64,000 nt of DNA from an uncultured Myxococcaceae bacterium (GTDB lineage Bacteria; Myxococcota_A; Polyangia; Polyangiales; Ga0077539). Positions within the stretch are counted from its first letter, which is position 1. Every line of letters starts with the position of its first letter. A program made the translations under genes and the position numbers. The notes below the pieces were generated by a model. The model saw nothing but the letters and a program-made list of their open reading frames with translations, was not told the DNA's origin and did no database searches. This document shows, in pieces, positions 1 to 10,000 of the stretch. Location: the NCBI GenBank assembly GCA_964447205.1, contig CAYUSB010000042.1, positions 1,503 through 65,502 of the forward strand. Direction: 5' to 3'.

Positions 1-456
1 CGTGCCCGCCGCCCGGGAGATGACCTCCACCCGGTCGGCCACCAGCCAGGCCGAGTAGAACCCCACCCCAAACTGGCCGATGAGGTTGACGCTGTCGCCC
101 GCCTGTTGGGATTTGACGGCCTCCAGAAACTTCCGCGACCCGGAGTGGGCGATGGTCCCGAGGTTTTCGATGAGCTCGGCCCGGGTCATCCCGACCCCGT
201 CGTCTTCGAGGGTGAGGGTCCCGGCCGCCTCGTCGGGCCGGAGCCGGATCGACGGGGCCCCGTCCACCTCCACGAGGGAGGGCTCGGTGATGGCCCGAAA
301 CCGAAGCTTGTCGATGGCGTCGGAGGCGTTGGAGATCAGCTCCCGGAGGAAGACCTCGCGGTGGCTGTAGAGCGAATGAATCACCAGGTGCAAGACCTGG
401 CTGACCTCGGCCTGAAAGCGGTGGGTCTCTCGGGAAGCGTTGTCGACTGTGTCCAT
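1..456 (-). CDS. htpG: Molecular chaperone HtpG (Hsp90 family), N-terminal ~150 aa; the gene continues past the left window edge
   Basis: The reverse-complement translation from ATG 456..454 reads [53 protein letters not shown]...[26 protein letters not shown]. These are the Hsp90 N-terminal ATPase motifs ([12 protein letters not shown], GQFGVGFYS). The ORF track missed it because there is no in-window stop. Confidence 0.85.
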   Translation of the reverse strand, partial: MDTVDNASRETHRFQAEVSQVLHLVIHSLYSHREVFLRELISNASDAIDKLRFRAITEPSLVEVDGAPSIRLRPDEAAGTLTLEDDGVGMTRAELIENLGTIAHSGSRKFLEAVKSQQAGDSVNLIGQFGVGFYSAWLVADRVEVISRAAGT

Positions 457-564
457 GGTACCCGATGGGGTGGGGGTTGATCCCGCACCGGCCTCCGGGC
501 GGGGGCCTCTGGGTAACCACCCCGACGGTCGGGCGCAATCCCCCGTGTGGGGCTGTGCCGACGT

Positions 565-2379
565 TCAGCTCGGGCGGAGCTCGCGGCAGCGCTGAAACAG
601 CTCGTCGCGATGGGCCCAGAGGGTTTGGGCCACGCAGTCGGGGACCTCGTCGGCCAGGAGCGAGATGGCCTCGTCCACGTCGCCCGCCTCGGGCAGGGTG
701 CGTCCCATCAGCCGGGCCGTGGCGTGGGCCGACTCCAGGACCAGCCGGGCCGTCAGGCGCCCGACGGCGCCCGAGAGCTGCCGGACCTCCCCGGCCAGGG
801 CCGTGACCTCCGCGGTGGCCCCCGACGAGATCCGCTCGATCTCGGACATGGCCACGGCCAGGCGACGGGCGTAGCGGTCGCGGTAGACCCGCAGGTCGGC
901 GGCCTGCTGCTCGGCGGCCTCGACCCGGGCTGCGCTCTCGACGGCGTAGCTCCCGAGGGCCTCGCGGGTGGCTTCGAGCTCGCGTTCGAGGTCGTCCCGG
1001 GTGGACGCGGCGGCCACGAGGGCCTCGCGGGCCTGGGCGAGCTCTCCCTGGATCTCCGCCCGGGCGGCGTCGGAGGCCTGTTCGGCGGCCTGCCGGGCCT
1101 GGTCGAGTTGGGCCTGCAGGCGGCTCTGCGCGGCCTCGGAAGCGGCGTGGGCGGCGGCGAGCTCGGCGGCCAGGGCGTCGCGGCGGACCTCGGCCTGATC
1201 GCGGGCCTCGGTCATCGCGGCGTGGGCCTCGGTCATCGCGGCGTGGGCCTCGGTCATCGCGGCGTAGGCGTCGCGGAGCCCGGCGAAGGCGTCGAGGGTG
1301 TCGGCCTGGTCGGCCCCGAAGGCGCCCACCCGGGCCTCCCAGTCGGCCCGTTCGAGGGTCCAGGCCATGCCGTGCAGGCGCAGGCTCTCCGCGTGGTGGA
1401 AGGTGGCCTCCCGGTGAGCCCGAACCCGCGCCCCCAGGGCTGCCCGGGCCTCGTCGAGGGCCACCCCGAGGATCTGGGCTCCCTCCCGGGCGCTCTGGAG
1501 GGCCGCCGACAGCTCCTCCCGCAGGCTCCGGGTGGTCACGTCGGCCTCGGCCCGAACCCGGGCCAGCTCGGCCTCGAGCTCGGCCCGCTCCTCGTTGTAG
1601 TCGTCCTCGGCGTTGCGCAGGGCGATGGCGTGCGACTCCCGTTGAGCCTCCAGCCGCGACGTAAGCTGCTGCACGTCCTGCCGCAGGATCCCGAGCTCGG
1701 CCTCGTGGGCCCCGCGCATCTCGGCCCGCAGGGCGGCCACATCACGGGCGTGCAGGTCGCTCATCCGCTGGCGCTCGGCGCTGACGGACTCATTGCGCGA
1801 CTCCAGTTCCATGAGCCGCGACCGGGTCGCCTCCAGGGCCCGCTGGGCGTCGTCGCGCTCGCGCACGAGCTGCTCGTAGCCCTGGCGCCATCCCTGGGCG
1901 TTCTGGTCGACGTGGTGGAGGGTGGCGGCGGCCTGTTCGCGCTCGCGTCGGGCCGACTCCAGGGCCTCGGTGAGCCGGGCCCGCTCCTGCTCGATGGCGG
2001 CGAAGACCCCCTCGCGGTCGCGCAGCCGGGCCTCAAGCTCGACCCGGGCCCGCTCGGCCCGCTTGTTGTGTTCGCGGACCTCGTGCAGGGCCCGCTCGCG
2101 GGTCACCTGGTGGGTGCGCAGCGACAGGATCTCCTGGTCCTTGCGCACGAGGGCCTCGCGCAGGAGGGCGAGCCGGCGCGAGGTCCCGTCGCCCCCGCGG
2201 GTGACCTCCTCGTATTCGCGTTGGGCCCGCTGCTGGACCTCCAGCTCGCGGCGCAGGCGTTGGGCCTCCGCGGCGGCCTCGTCGCGCTGGCGCAGGACCA
2301 GCCGCAGGTCGGTCTCTGGCACGAACTGCGGCGCTTCGTCGAGGGTGTCGGTGGCGAGGATGGGTCGGGCGTCGAGCAC
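565..2379 (-). CDS. Coiled-coil protein, 604 aa, Glu/Ala/Arg/Leu-rich heptad-like sequence throughout
   Basis: A long minus ORF with natural composition (E/A/R/L/Q rich). The overlapping plus-frame ORF 547..2904 is Gly/Arg/Pro-rich in the overlapping part, so the minus frame is the coding one. It lies 108 bp upstream of htpG on the same strand. Confidence 0.55.
   Translation of the reverse strand: MLDARPILATDTLDEAPQFVPETDLRLVLRQRDEAAAEAQRLRRELEVQQRAQREYEEVTRGGDGTSRRLALLREALVRKDQEILSLRTHQVTRERALHEVREHNKRAERARVELEARLRDREGVFAAIEQERARLTEALESARREREQAAATLHHVDQNAQGWRQGYEQLVRERDDAQRALEATRSRLMELESRNESVSAERQRMSDLHARDVAALRAEMRGAHEAELGILRQDVQQLTSRLEAQRESHAIALRNAEDDYNEERAELEAELARVRAEADVTTRSLREELSAALQSAREGAQILGVALDEARAALGARVRAHREATFHHAESLRLHGMAWTLERADWEARVGAFGADQADTLDAFAGLRDAYAAMTEAHAAMTEAHAAMTEARDQAEVRRDALAAELAAAHAASEAAQSRLQAQLDQARQAAEQASDAARAEIQGELAQAREALVAAASTRDDLERELEATREALGSYAVESAARVEAAEQQAADLRVYRDRYARRLAVAMSEIERISSGATAEVTALAGEVRQLSGAVGRLTARLVLESAHATARLMGRTLPEAGDVDEAISLLADEVPDCVAQTLWAHRDELFQRCRELRPS
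1204..1268. repeat. 21-bp tandem repeat x3 (ggcctcggtcatcgcggcgtg) inside the coiled-coil gene, encoding AMTEAHA x3
   Basis: Three near-perfect tandem 21-bp copies read directly from the sequence. They stay in frame and encode AYAAMTEAHAAMTEAHAAMTEA. Confidence 0.6.
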
Positions 2380-2622
2380 GGTCGTGGGCCTCCGTCAGTG
2401 CGCAAGAATCCTGCGACTTCGACCCCGATGCCCGTTCGCGCGAGGGGCGTCCAATTTTCTACAAGGCCCCTGCTCGGAGGACCCACCCTGAGGCGCCCGC
2501 GCTCGACTGAGGCAGCCCGTCACGGCCAGGCCTCTAGCCTCCACCGGCACCAACGTCCCGAATGTAGGGGCTTTCCGTCGATCACGGCCCCGATGGCCCG
2601 CCGGATGCTCTGGGGCCCAGCC

Positions 2623-2904
2623 ATGAAGACCTTCCTCCTGCTCACGCTCCTCGGGTTGTCCGCCTCGGTCGGCTGTACGGCCATCGACCGCGCGTCGGAC
2701 TGTCAACAGATCTGCGACCGCTACCGGGACTGCATCGACAGCGCCTACGACACGTCGGCCTGCGCCCGGCGCTGCCGCGACAACGCCGCCAACAGCGAGT
2801 CGGCCGACCAGCGGGTCGACCAGTGCGAGAACTGCCTCGACGACCGCTCCTGCACCTCCTCCGTCTGGAACTGCGCGGGCGAGTGCGCCGGGATCGTGCC
2901 CTGA
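2623..2904 (+). CDS. Small secreted cysteine-rich lipoprotein (~93 aa; 11 Cys)
   Basis: MKTFLLLTLLGLSASVGC has a signal peptide and lipobox, and the mature part is Cys-rich. It is the only natural-looking part of the long ORF 547..2904. An alternative start is ATG 2593. Confidence 0.45.
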   Translation: MKTFLLLTLLGLSASVGCTAIDRASDCQQICDRYRDCIDSAYDTSACARRCRDNAANSESADQRVDQCENCLDDRSCTSSVWNCAGECAGIVP

Positions 2905-2925
2905 CCCACGCGCCCCGCGCGGCCT

Positions 2926-3405
2926 TCAGAGCGTGATCCCCTCCAGGGCCAGCAGGGTCTGCTTGCGCCCGAGGCCGCCCCCGTAGCCCGTGAGGGTCCC
3001 GTCCTGGCCGATCACCCGGTGGCACGGAACCACAATGGGCAAGGGGTTACGCCCGTTGGCGAGGCCCACGGCCCGTACGGCCTTGGGGTTGCCGATCTGG
3101 CGGGCCACCCACCCGTAGCTCTCCGTCCGGCCAAACGGGATCTCCTGCAGGACCCGCCACACCGCCCGCTGAAAGTCCGTCCCCGCGGCCGCCAGGGGGA
3201 CCTCGAACACCCGCAGCTTCCCGGCGAAATACGCGTCGAGCTGGGCCCGGCACTGGCCCAGCACCGGGTGGTCAGGGTCGTCCCGGGCGTCGGCCCTGCC
3301 CGCCCGGTGTCCGTGCTCAAACTCGATGGCCACCAGACCCTGGGCCGACGCGAACAACGTGAGGGGCCCGACGGGGCTGGGGTGTTGGATCTTCGAGAGG
3401 GTCAT
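2926..3405 (-). CDS. ogt: Methylated-DNA--protein-cysteine methyltransferase (O6-alkylguanine-DNA alkyltransferase)
   Basis: 159 aa containing the active-site PCHRV motif (IVVPCHRVIGQDGTLTGYGGGL) and the DNA-binding helix region. This is the established MGMT/Ogt family. Confidence 0.85.
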   Translation of the reverse strand: MTLSKIQHPSPVGPLTLFASAQGLVAIEFEHGHRAGRADARDDPDHPVLGQCRAQLDAYFAGKLRVFEVPLAAAGTDFQRAVWRVLQEIPFGRTESYGWVARQIGNPKAVRAVGLANGRNPLPIVVPCHRVIGQDGTLTGYGGGLGRKQTLLALEGITL

Positions 3406-3408
3406 CGT

Positions 3409-3742
3409 TCAGTTCTCCGTGTCTGCCATCATGCGCCACAGGTGCAGGGTGGCGTAGGCCCGGTAGGGTCTCCATCCCGCGGCCGCCGCCACGGCGTCCT
3501 TGTCGCGGGTCACCCCGAGGGCCCGGCGCACCATCAGGTCACCCGCCGGAAACGCGTCGGGGTCGCGCCACCCCCGCATCGCGAGATACTGCACCGTCCA
3601 GTCTCCGATCCCCTTGACGGCCCCGAGGGCAGACCGGGCGGCAGTAGATCCCCGTGGAGGTCACCCCCACGAAGAACACCCCGTCGTACCGGCGATCGCG
3701 CCGCACAAGGGCCGCGTAGGCGTCCTCGAGGTCGAGTTCCAT
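3409..3742 (-). pseudogene. Remnant of an ada/alkA-type gene: an Ada N-terminal Zn-binding methylphosphotriester domain fragment fused out of frame to the last ~65 aa of an AlkA-like HhH-GPD glycosylase
   Basis: One frame gives MELDLEDAYAALVRRDRRYDGVFFVGVTSTGIYCRPVCP, the Ada N-terminal Cys4 domain, which breaks off after the second Cys pair. A -1 shifted frame then continues ALGAVKGIGDWTVQYLAMRGWRDPDAFPAGDLMVRRAL, the C-terminal HhH-GPD helix of AlkA. The AraC-type HTH and most of the glycosylase (~1 kb) are missing. The stop overlaps the ogt start. Confidence 0.55.
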
Positions 3743-3905
3743 CCACGAGGGTGTAGTGCCCCCCGAGGCGCACGTCTGGCCACTTTCGGACGTCGCGGTG
3801 ACAAGGCCCGAACCGCCCTCCGCCCCGCCAACCCGGCTTCGCACCCCTGCGGCCCAAACCCCGCGTGGGCCCGCCATTCGCCCCCTGCGTCACGGCAGCG
3901 CCACG

Positions 3906-3927
3906 CCCGTCACCGCCGGGTGACGGG
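3906..3927. promoter_or_regulatory. Perfect 9-bp inverted repeat CCCGTCACC-gccg-GGTGACGGG, about 110 bp upstream of the fas start
   Basis: The palindrome is read directly from the sequence and sits in the 290-bp intergenic region ahead of the FAS-I gene. That it is an operator for a fas regulator (by analogy to TetR-type FasR in mycobacteria) is inference only. Confidence 0.25.
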
Positions 3928-4034
3928 TTGCGCAGACTCTCCCCCTTCCTCTATCAGCGCGTCCGCGCGCCCTCTCCGTCGCGACGTCCCGATGCGCGGG
4001 GTGTCGCGCTCTCCTGCGCGCCGCGGAGCGTTCG

Positions 4035-7000
4035 ATGCGTTCGTCGGAAGTCTCGCCCCCTTTGGCCGATCGCCCCCATGGACCGCGAGACCCCGCCGAG
4101 TCGCGGCACTACACCGCCCGGGCCGCGGCCCCGCCGCTCTTCGCCGCCCTCCGTACGCACGAGGCCCGCGTCGCGATCGTCTTCGGGGGTCAGGGGGCTC
4201 CGTGGCTCCCAGCCCTGCGCGAGCTCCACGGGGCGCATCTGTCGGTGCGGGCCCTCGTGCGCGGGGCCACCGAGCGGCTCCGGGCCTCGGCCTCCGATCC
4301 CCGCCTCGGGGCCCTGGCCACCCCCGCCCGGGGCTTCGACCTCGCCCGCTGGATCGACGACCCCGCCGCGGCCCCGCCCGACGACGTGCTCTCGAGCTCC
4401 CTCGTCTCGCAAGCCGGGATCTTCCTCACCTCCGTAGCCCGATCGCTGGCCATGGCCGAGCGGGGGTTCGACCTCGACACGCTTGCCGCACGGGCCACCG
4501 CGGCCACGGGTCACTCCCAGGGCATCATGGCCGCCCTCCTCTTCGCCGAAGGACACGGCCCCGAGGCCCTCGTACGGCGGGCCGGGGAGTTTGCGAGCTA
4601 CTTCTTCTGGCAGGGCTACCGGATGCAGGAGTCGTTCGTGCGGGCGGCCGTGGCCCCGGCCGTACGGGCCGCCGCGGAGCAGGCCGGGATCGGCGACCCC
4701 ACCCCCATGGCCGCCGTGGCCGGCATGAACCACGCCCTCCTGACCGAGGCCCTCGGCCGTTTTCACGCGGCCAACCCGCAGCTCCCGCCCCTCGACGTCT
4801 CGCTCGACAACGGGTACGCCCGCAAGGTCCTGTCGGGCCCTCCGCCCTCTCTCGTGGCCTTCGCCCGGTCGCTCGCCGCGGCCCGTACGGCCGAGATCGC
4901 CGACTTCGCCAGAGGGCGGCTCGGTCGGCGCCCGATCGAGTTCGTTTGGGAGTTTGTGGCCGCGTCGGCCCCCTTCCACTCGCGGTACATGGACTACGGC
5001 CGCCGGGCCCTGCCCGACGACCTCGCCCGCGAGGGCATTCGTTTCGACCCCGGGGCCCTGGGCCTGCCCGTCCTCGGCAACGACGGGGGCGACCTGCGGT
5101 CCTTCGCCGACGGACCGAGCCTTCTCGACGCCCTGCTGCGCATGCAGTTTGTCGAACCCATGCGCTGGCCCGCGGTCTGCGCGGCCCTGCGTGAGAGCCA
5201 CCCCGCGGGGATCACCCACGTCCTCGACTACGGCCCCGGCGACGCCGTGGCCCGGCTCACGGCCCTCAACTGCCGGGGGTTCGGGGTGCATGTGTTTCCG
5301 CTGGCCACCGAGGCCGGGCGGCGCGAGGTCTCGCTCCCGGTGCCTGAGCTTCCCCGGGGCGTGGACTACCGTCGGTTCGCCCCGACCCTGCGGCGCACCG
5401 CGGCCGGCGAGGTGGTCCTCGACAACGCCTTCCGCCGCTTCACGGGCCGGGCTCCCATCTTCCTCCCCGGGATGACCCCCACCACCACCGAGGCCCCCCT
5501 CGTGGCCGCCGCGGCCAACGCGGGCTTCGTGAGCGAGCTCGCAGGCGGAGGCCAGGTGACCGAACGCCACCTCCGGCTGCGGGCCAAGGAGCTGTCCGAA
5601 TCCCTCGCCCCCGGGGCCGCCTACGTCGTCAACCTCCTCTACCTCGACCCCTACCTCTGGAACCTCCACTGGAAGGGCGAAGGCCTCGTGCGCCGCCTCC
5701 GGGCCGAGGGGCACCCCATCGAGGGGATCACCGTCTCCGCGGGGGTTCCGGACCTGGCCGAGGCCCGCGAGATCGTCGAGGCCTGCCGGGCCGCGGGGAT
5801 CGGGCTCGTGTCGTTCAAACCCGGGACCACGAAGCAGATCCAGGCCGTCCTGGAGATCGCCCGGGCCTGCCCCGAGCTCACCCTCGGAGTGCAGGTCGAG
5901 GGAGGCAAGGCCGGGGGCCACCACTCCTGGGAAGACCTCCGCGACCTCGTCCGCACGAGCTACCACCAGGTCCGGGCCCTGCCCAATGTCGTGCTCTCGG
6001 TCGGCGGGGGGATTCGTACGGAGGCCGACGCCTGGGAGTGGCTGAGCGGGCGCTGGAGCGAGCGCCTCGGCCTCGCCCCGATGCCCGTCGACGCGGTCTT
6101 CGTCGGGACCCTCGCCATGGTGGCCCGCGAGGCCTGCACCTCCCCCTCCGTCAAAGCCCTCCTCGCCCGCACCGAAGGCACGGAAGCCTGGGTGGCCCAC
6201 GGAGCGACCCGGGGCGGCATGACCAGCGGCAAGAGCCAGCTCGACGCCGACATCCACTACGTCGACAACACCGCCGCGCGGGTGGGCAAGATGCTTGACG
6301 AGGTCGCGGGAGACCCCGCCGCGGTCGTCGCCCGCAAGGACGAGATCGTGGCCGCCCTGGCCCGCACCGCCAAGCCCTACTTCGGCGCGCTCACGGAGAT
6401 GACCCACGCCGCCGTGCTCCGTCGTGCGGTCGACCTCATGGCCATCGGCCGCGGGACGGACTACGACGACGGACCCTGGCCCGACCCCTCGTACCGCCAG
6501 CGGGTCTTCGACCTCGCGGCCCGCTTCGAGGAGACCCTCTGCCCCGCCCCGGGTCCATCGCTCCTCGGGGGCCTCGACGACCTCGACGACCCGGGCGCCT
6601 TCGTAGCCCGGTTTGTGGCCCGGTACCCCGAGGCCGAGCGGGTCACCCTCTCGCAGTCCGACGCCGACTTCTTCGTGCACCGGGTGTGCGCCCGCCCTGG
6701 GAAACCTGTCAATTTCGTCCCCGCCCTCGATGGCGACGTACGCCGCTGGTATAAGTCCGACGCCCTGTGGCAGTCGCACGACGACCGCTACGACGCCGAC
6801 CAGGTCCTCGTGATCCCCGGCCCCGAGGCCGTCCAGGGGATCACCGCCGTCGACGAGCCCATCGGGGCCATGCTCGGCCGCTTCGTGGCCTACGGGGTCG
6901 ACCAGCTCCTGGCCGCAGGACACACCCCCGCAGACCCCGTCGACCGCACCGCAGACGCCGAGCTGGACCGGGCCGCCGCCGCCCTCGGCCTCTCTCTCGG

Positions 7001-10000
7001 ACGCGACCCCGACGGGATCACCGCCGAGGCCCCCGCGGGACCGGCCTTCCAGACTCCCTCCGAGGCCGCCGTGGGCGCGTGGCTCGACGCCCTCGACCCC
7101 GTGGTCCTCGGCCCCCTGGCCCGGGCCCGGGGGCTTCTGCGCGGCCGTTCGCTCGGCCCCAACCCCCTCGCCCGCATGCTCCGGGTCGAACCCGGCGACC
7201 GATGGACCCTGCTCCGCGACGACACCCGCGGGGTCACCGCGGTCAAGGTCCGACGGGCCTCGGGGCACGCCGTCGAGTGCACCCTCGGACGGGCCGACAA
7301 CATCGGCCGCTGCGACGTGACCCTCGTGCACGCCCTGCCCGCCGACCGACACGGGATGGCCCCCGTGGTGCGGGTGTCCCTCGCGTACGAGCGCGACCTC
7401 GGCCACGAGGCCCGCTTCCCCCGCGACGTCACCCCGGCCCGCGAGGCCGCCCTCGGAGATTTCTACCGCGCGGCCATGGTGGGCGAGGCCGACCGGGTCC
7501 CGGCGGGTCACGCGGTTCGGTCGCGGTTCACCCTCGATGCGGACTTCGTGCGGGAGTACGCCCTGGCCTCGGGCGACGCCTCGACGGCCCACCTCGGGGG
7601 ACGGGGACACGCCCACTGCATGCCCCTCAACGCGGCCTTCTCCGCGGCCTTCGCGGCGATCTTCCGCGCGACCTTCGTGCCGGACGTCGACTGGGACCCC
7701 GCCCGCCTCGTGCACCTGACCAACGAGGTTCGGGCCGTGGGCCGGGCCCTTCACGAGGGGGAGACCGTCGAGGTCGAAGCCCGCCTCACCGCCTGGGAAC
7801 CCGTCAAAGGAGGCGTCCGGGCCCGGGTAGCCGCCACCCTGCGCTGCGACGAGGCCGTGCGGGCCACGGTGGTCAGCACCTTCTTCGTGCAGGAAGCCCG
7901 CGGGACGTACCGCTTCCGCGACGAAGACCTCACCTTCGCCCTGCCCCCGGGCGACCCCGCCCGCTTCGACCTCCTCGCGGAAAAGCCCTGGCTCCGGGTC
8001 TCTGAGGGCGCCGCGATCGACCCCGATCTCGCCCACACCGTGGCCCTGCACCTCGAGACCCGCACCGAAGGCCCCCGGTCCGTCTCGACCGTGACCGGAA
8101 CCCTGCGCGACCCCGCCAGGCGCATCGTCGCCACGATCGATCACACCGAAGACCAGCGCGACGCCGCCGAGACCGAACCTGCCCGCTGGTTCGCCCATTT
8201 CGCCCCGATCTCCGACCCGGCCGTCCCCCTCCCCCAGCCCTCCATCCCCCACGTCGAGCGGGCCTTCGCCCCCTGGAACCTCCTCGAATTCGCCCGGGCC
8301 TCCCGCGACGCCAACCCCCTGCACCGCGACGCTCACGTAGCCGCCCTCGCGGGCTTCGACCGACCCATCGTACACGGCCAGTGGACGGCAGCCCGGGCCG
8401 TAGCCGCCGCCGTCACGGGCTTCGCGGCCACCGACGGAGAGCGGGTTCGGGCCATCACGGTGAACTTCACCGACACGGTCTTCCCCGGCGACGAGGTCGA
8501 GTTTCGGGCCCGCCACACGGCCATGCACGACGGCGACCTCGTGGTCGAGATCGAAGCCCGGGCCCTCGACGGGGGCGACGGCCGGCTCGCCCTGCGCGGA
8601 ACGGTCCGCATCGCGGCCCCGCGTACGGCCTACGTCTTCCCGGGTCAGGGGGTTCAGGCGACCGGGATGGGCATGGAGGGCTACGCCCGCTCCCCGGCAG
8701 CCCGCAGGGTGTGGGACGAGGCCGACGCCCTCTGCCGCGACACCCTGGGCTTCTCGCTCCTCACGGTCGTACGCGACAACCCCGTCGAGATGCGGGTCGG
8801 GCCCGAGATCCTGCGGCACGACCAGGGGGTCTTGTTCCTCACGCAGTTTACCCAGGTGGCCATGGCCGTCCTGGCCATCGCCCAGGTGGCCGAGCTCCGG
8901 GAGGCGGGGTGTTTCCAGGCCGAGGCCATGTTCTGCGGGCACTCCGTGGGCGAGTACTCGGCCATCGGGGCCGTCACCGACGCTCTGTCCCTCGCCGCCG
9001 TGGTCGAGTGCGTCTACCAGCGCGGACTCACCATGCAGACCTTCGTGCCCCGCGACGCCCAGGGCCGGTCGCCCTACCGCATGGCCGTGGTCCGCCCCAA
9101 CCTCGTCGGGCTCACCGAGTCTGCCCTCAGCGCCCTCGTGGCCCAGATCGCTCTCGACACCGGGATGCTCTGCGAGGTGGTCAACCTCAACATCCGCGGG
9201 CGCCAGTACTCCGTGGTGGGACACATCCCCGCCCTCGACCTCCTCCGGGCCCGCCTCGCCGAACGCGCCTCCCCCGGGGCCAAACCCGCCTACCTCGAGG
9301 TCCCGGGCATCGACGTGCCCTTCCACTCGGCGGCCCTGCGCTCGGGGGTCGCGGCCTTCCGCACGAAGCTCGACGCGTACATGCCCCCCGACCTCGACCT
9401 CCGGGCCCTCGTGGGCCGGTACATCCCCAACCTCGTGGCCCGCCCCTTCGCCCTCACCCGCGACTACCTCGACGCCGTGGCCGAGTGCACCGGGTCGCCC
9501 GTCCTGGCCGACCTGCAAACCCGCTGGAACTCCGCGGGATATGCCCCCGATGACCTCGGGCGGACCGTCTTCATCGAAGGCCTCGCGTATCAGTTCGCCT
9601 CGCCCGTCCGCTGGATCGAGACCCAGGACATCGTGCTCGCCCGCGACCGCTCGGGGGTCTCTCGGGTCATCGAGATCGGCCTCGGGGCGGCCCCCACCCA
9701 GGCCAACATGTTTCGGGCCACCCTGGCCGCCGACCCCTCCCGGCTCGATCCGCCCGCCGTGTACAACCTCGAAGCCGACCGCAAGGCTGTCCTCTCCCTG
9801 CACGACCCCGACGCCCAGGAGGCCCCTTCCGCCCCCCGCGACGCGGCCCCCGAAGCGGAGACCCCCAAGAGCCCCGCCGCGGCCCCTGTGGCCCCTGCTG
9901 CGGCCCGCGGACCCATCTCCGATGCCCCCTTGTCCGTACGCGACGCCCTCGCCACCCTCCTGGCCCTCAAGGCCCGGATCCGGGTCGACGAGGTGCGCCC

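Noticed and set aside
547-2904. 785-aa plus-strand ORF spanning the coiled-coil gene region
   Set aside because: Except for its last ~93 codons (kept as the small Cys-rich lipoprotein), the translation is Gly/Arg/Pro/Leu-rich low complexity. That is typical of an out-of-frame read of GC-rich DNA. It is antisense to a natural-composition coiled-coil ORF.
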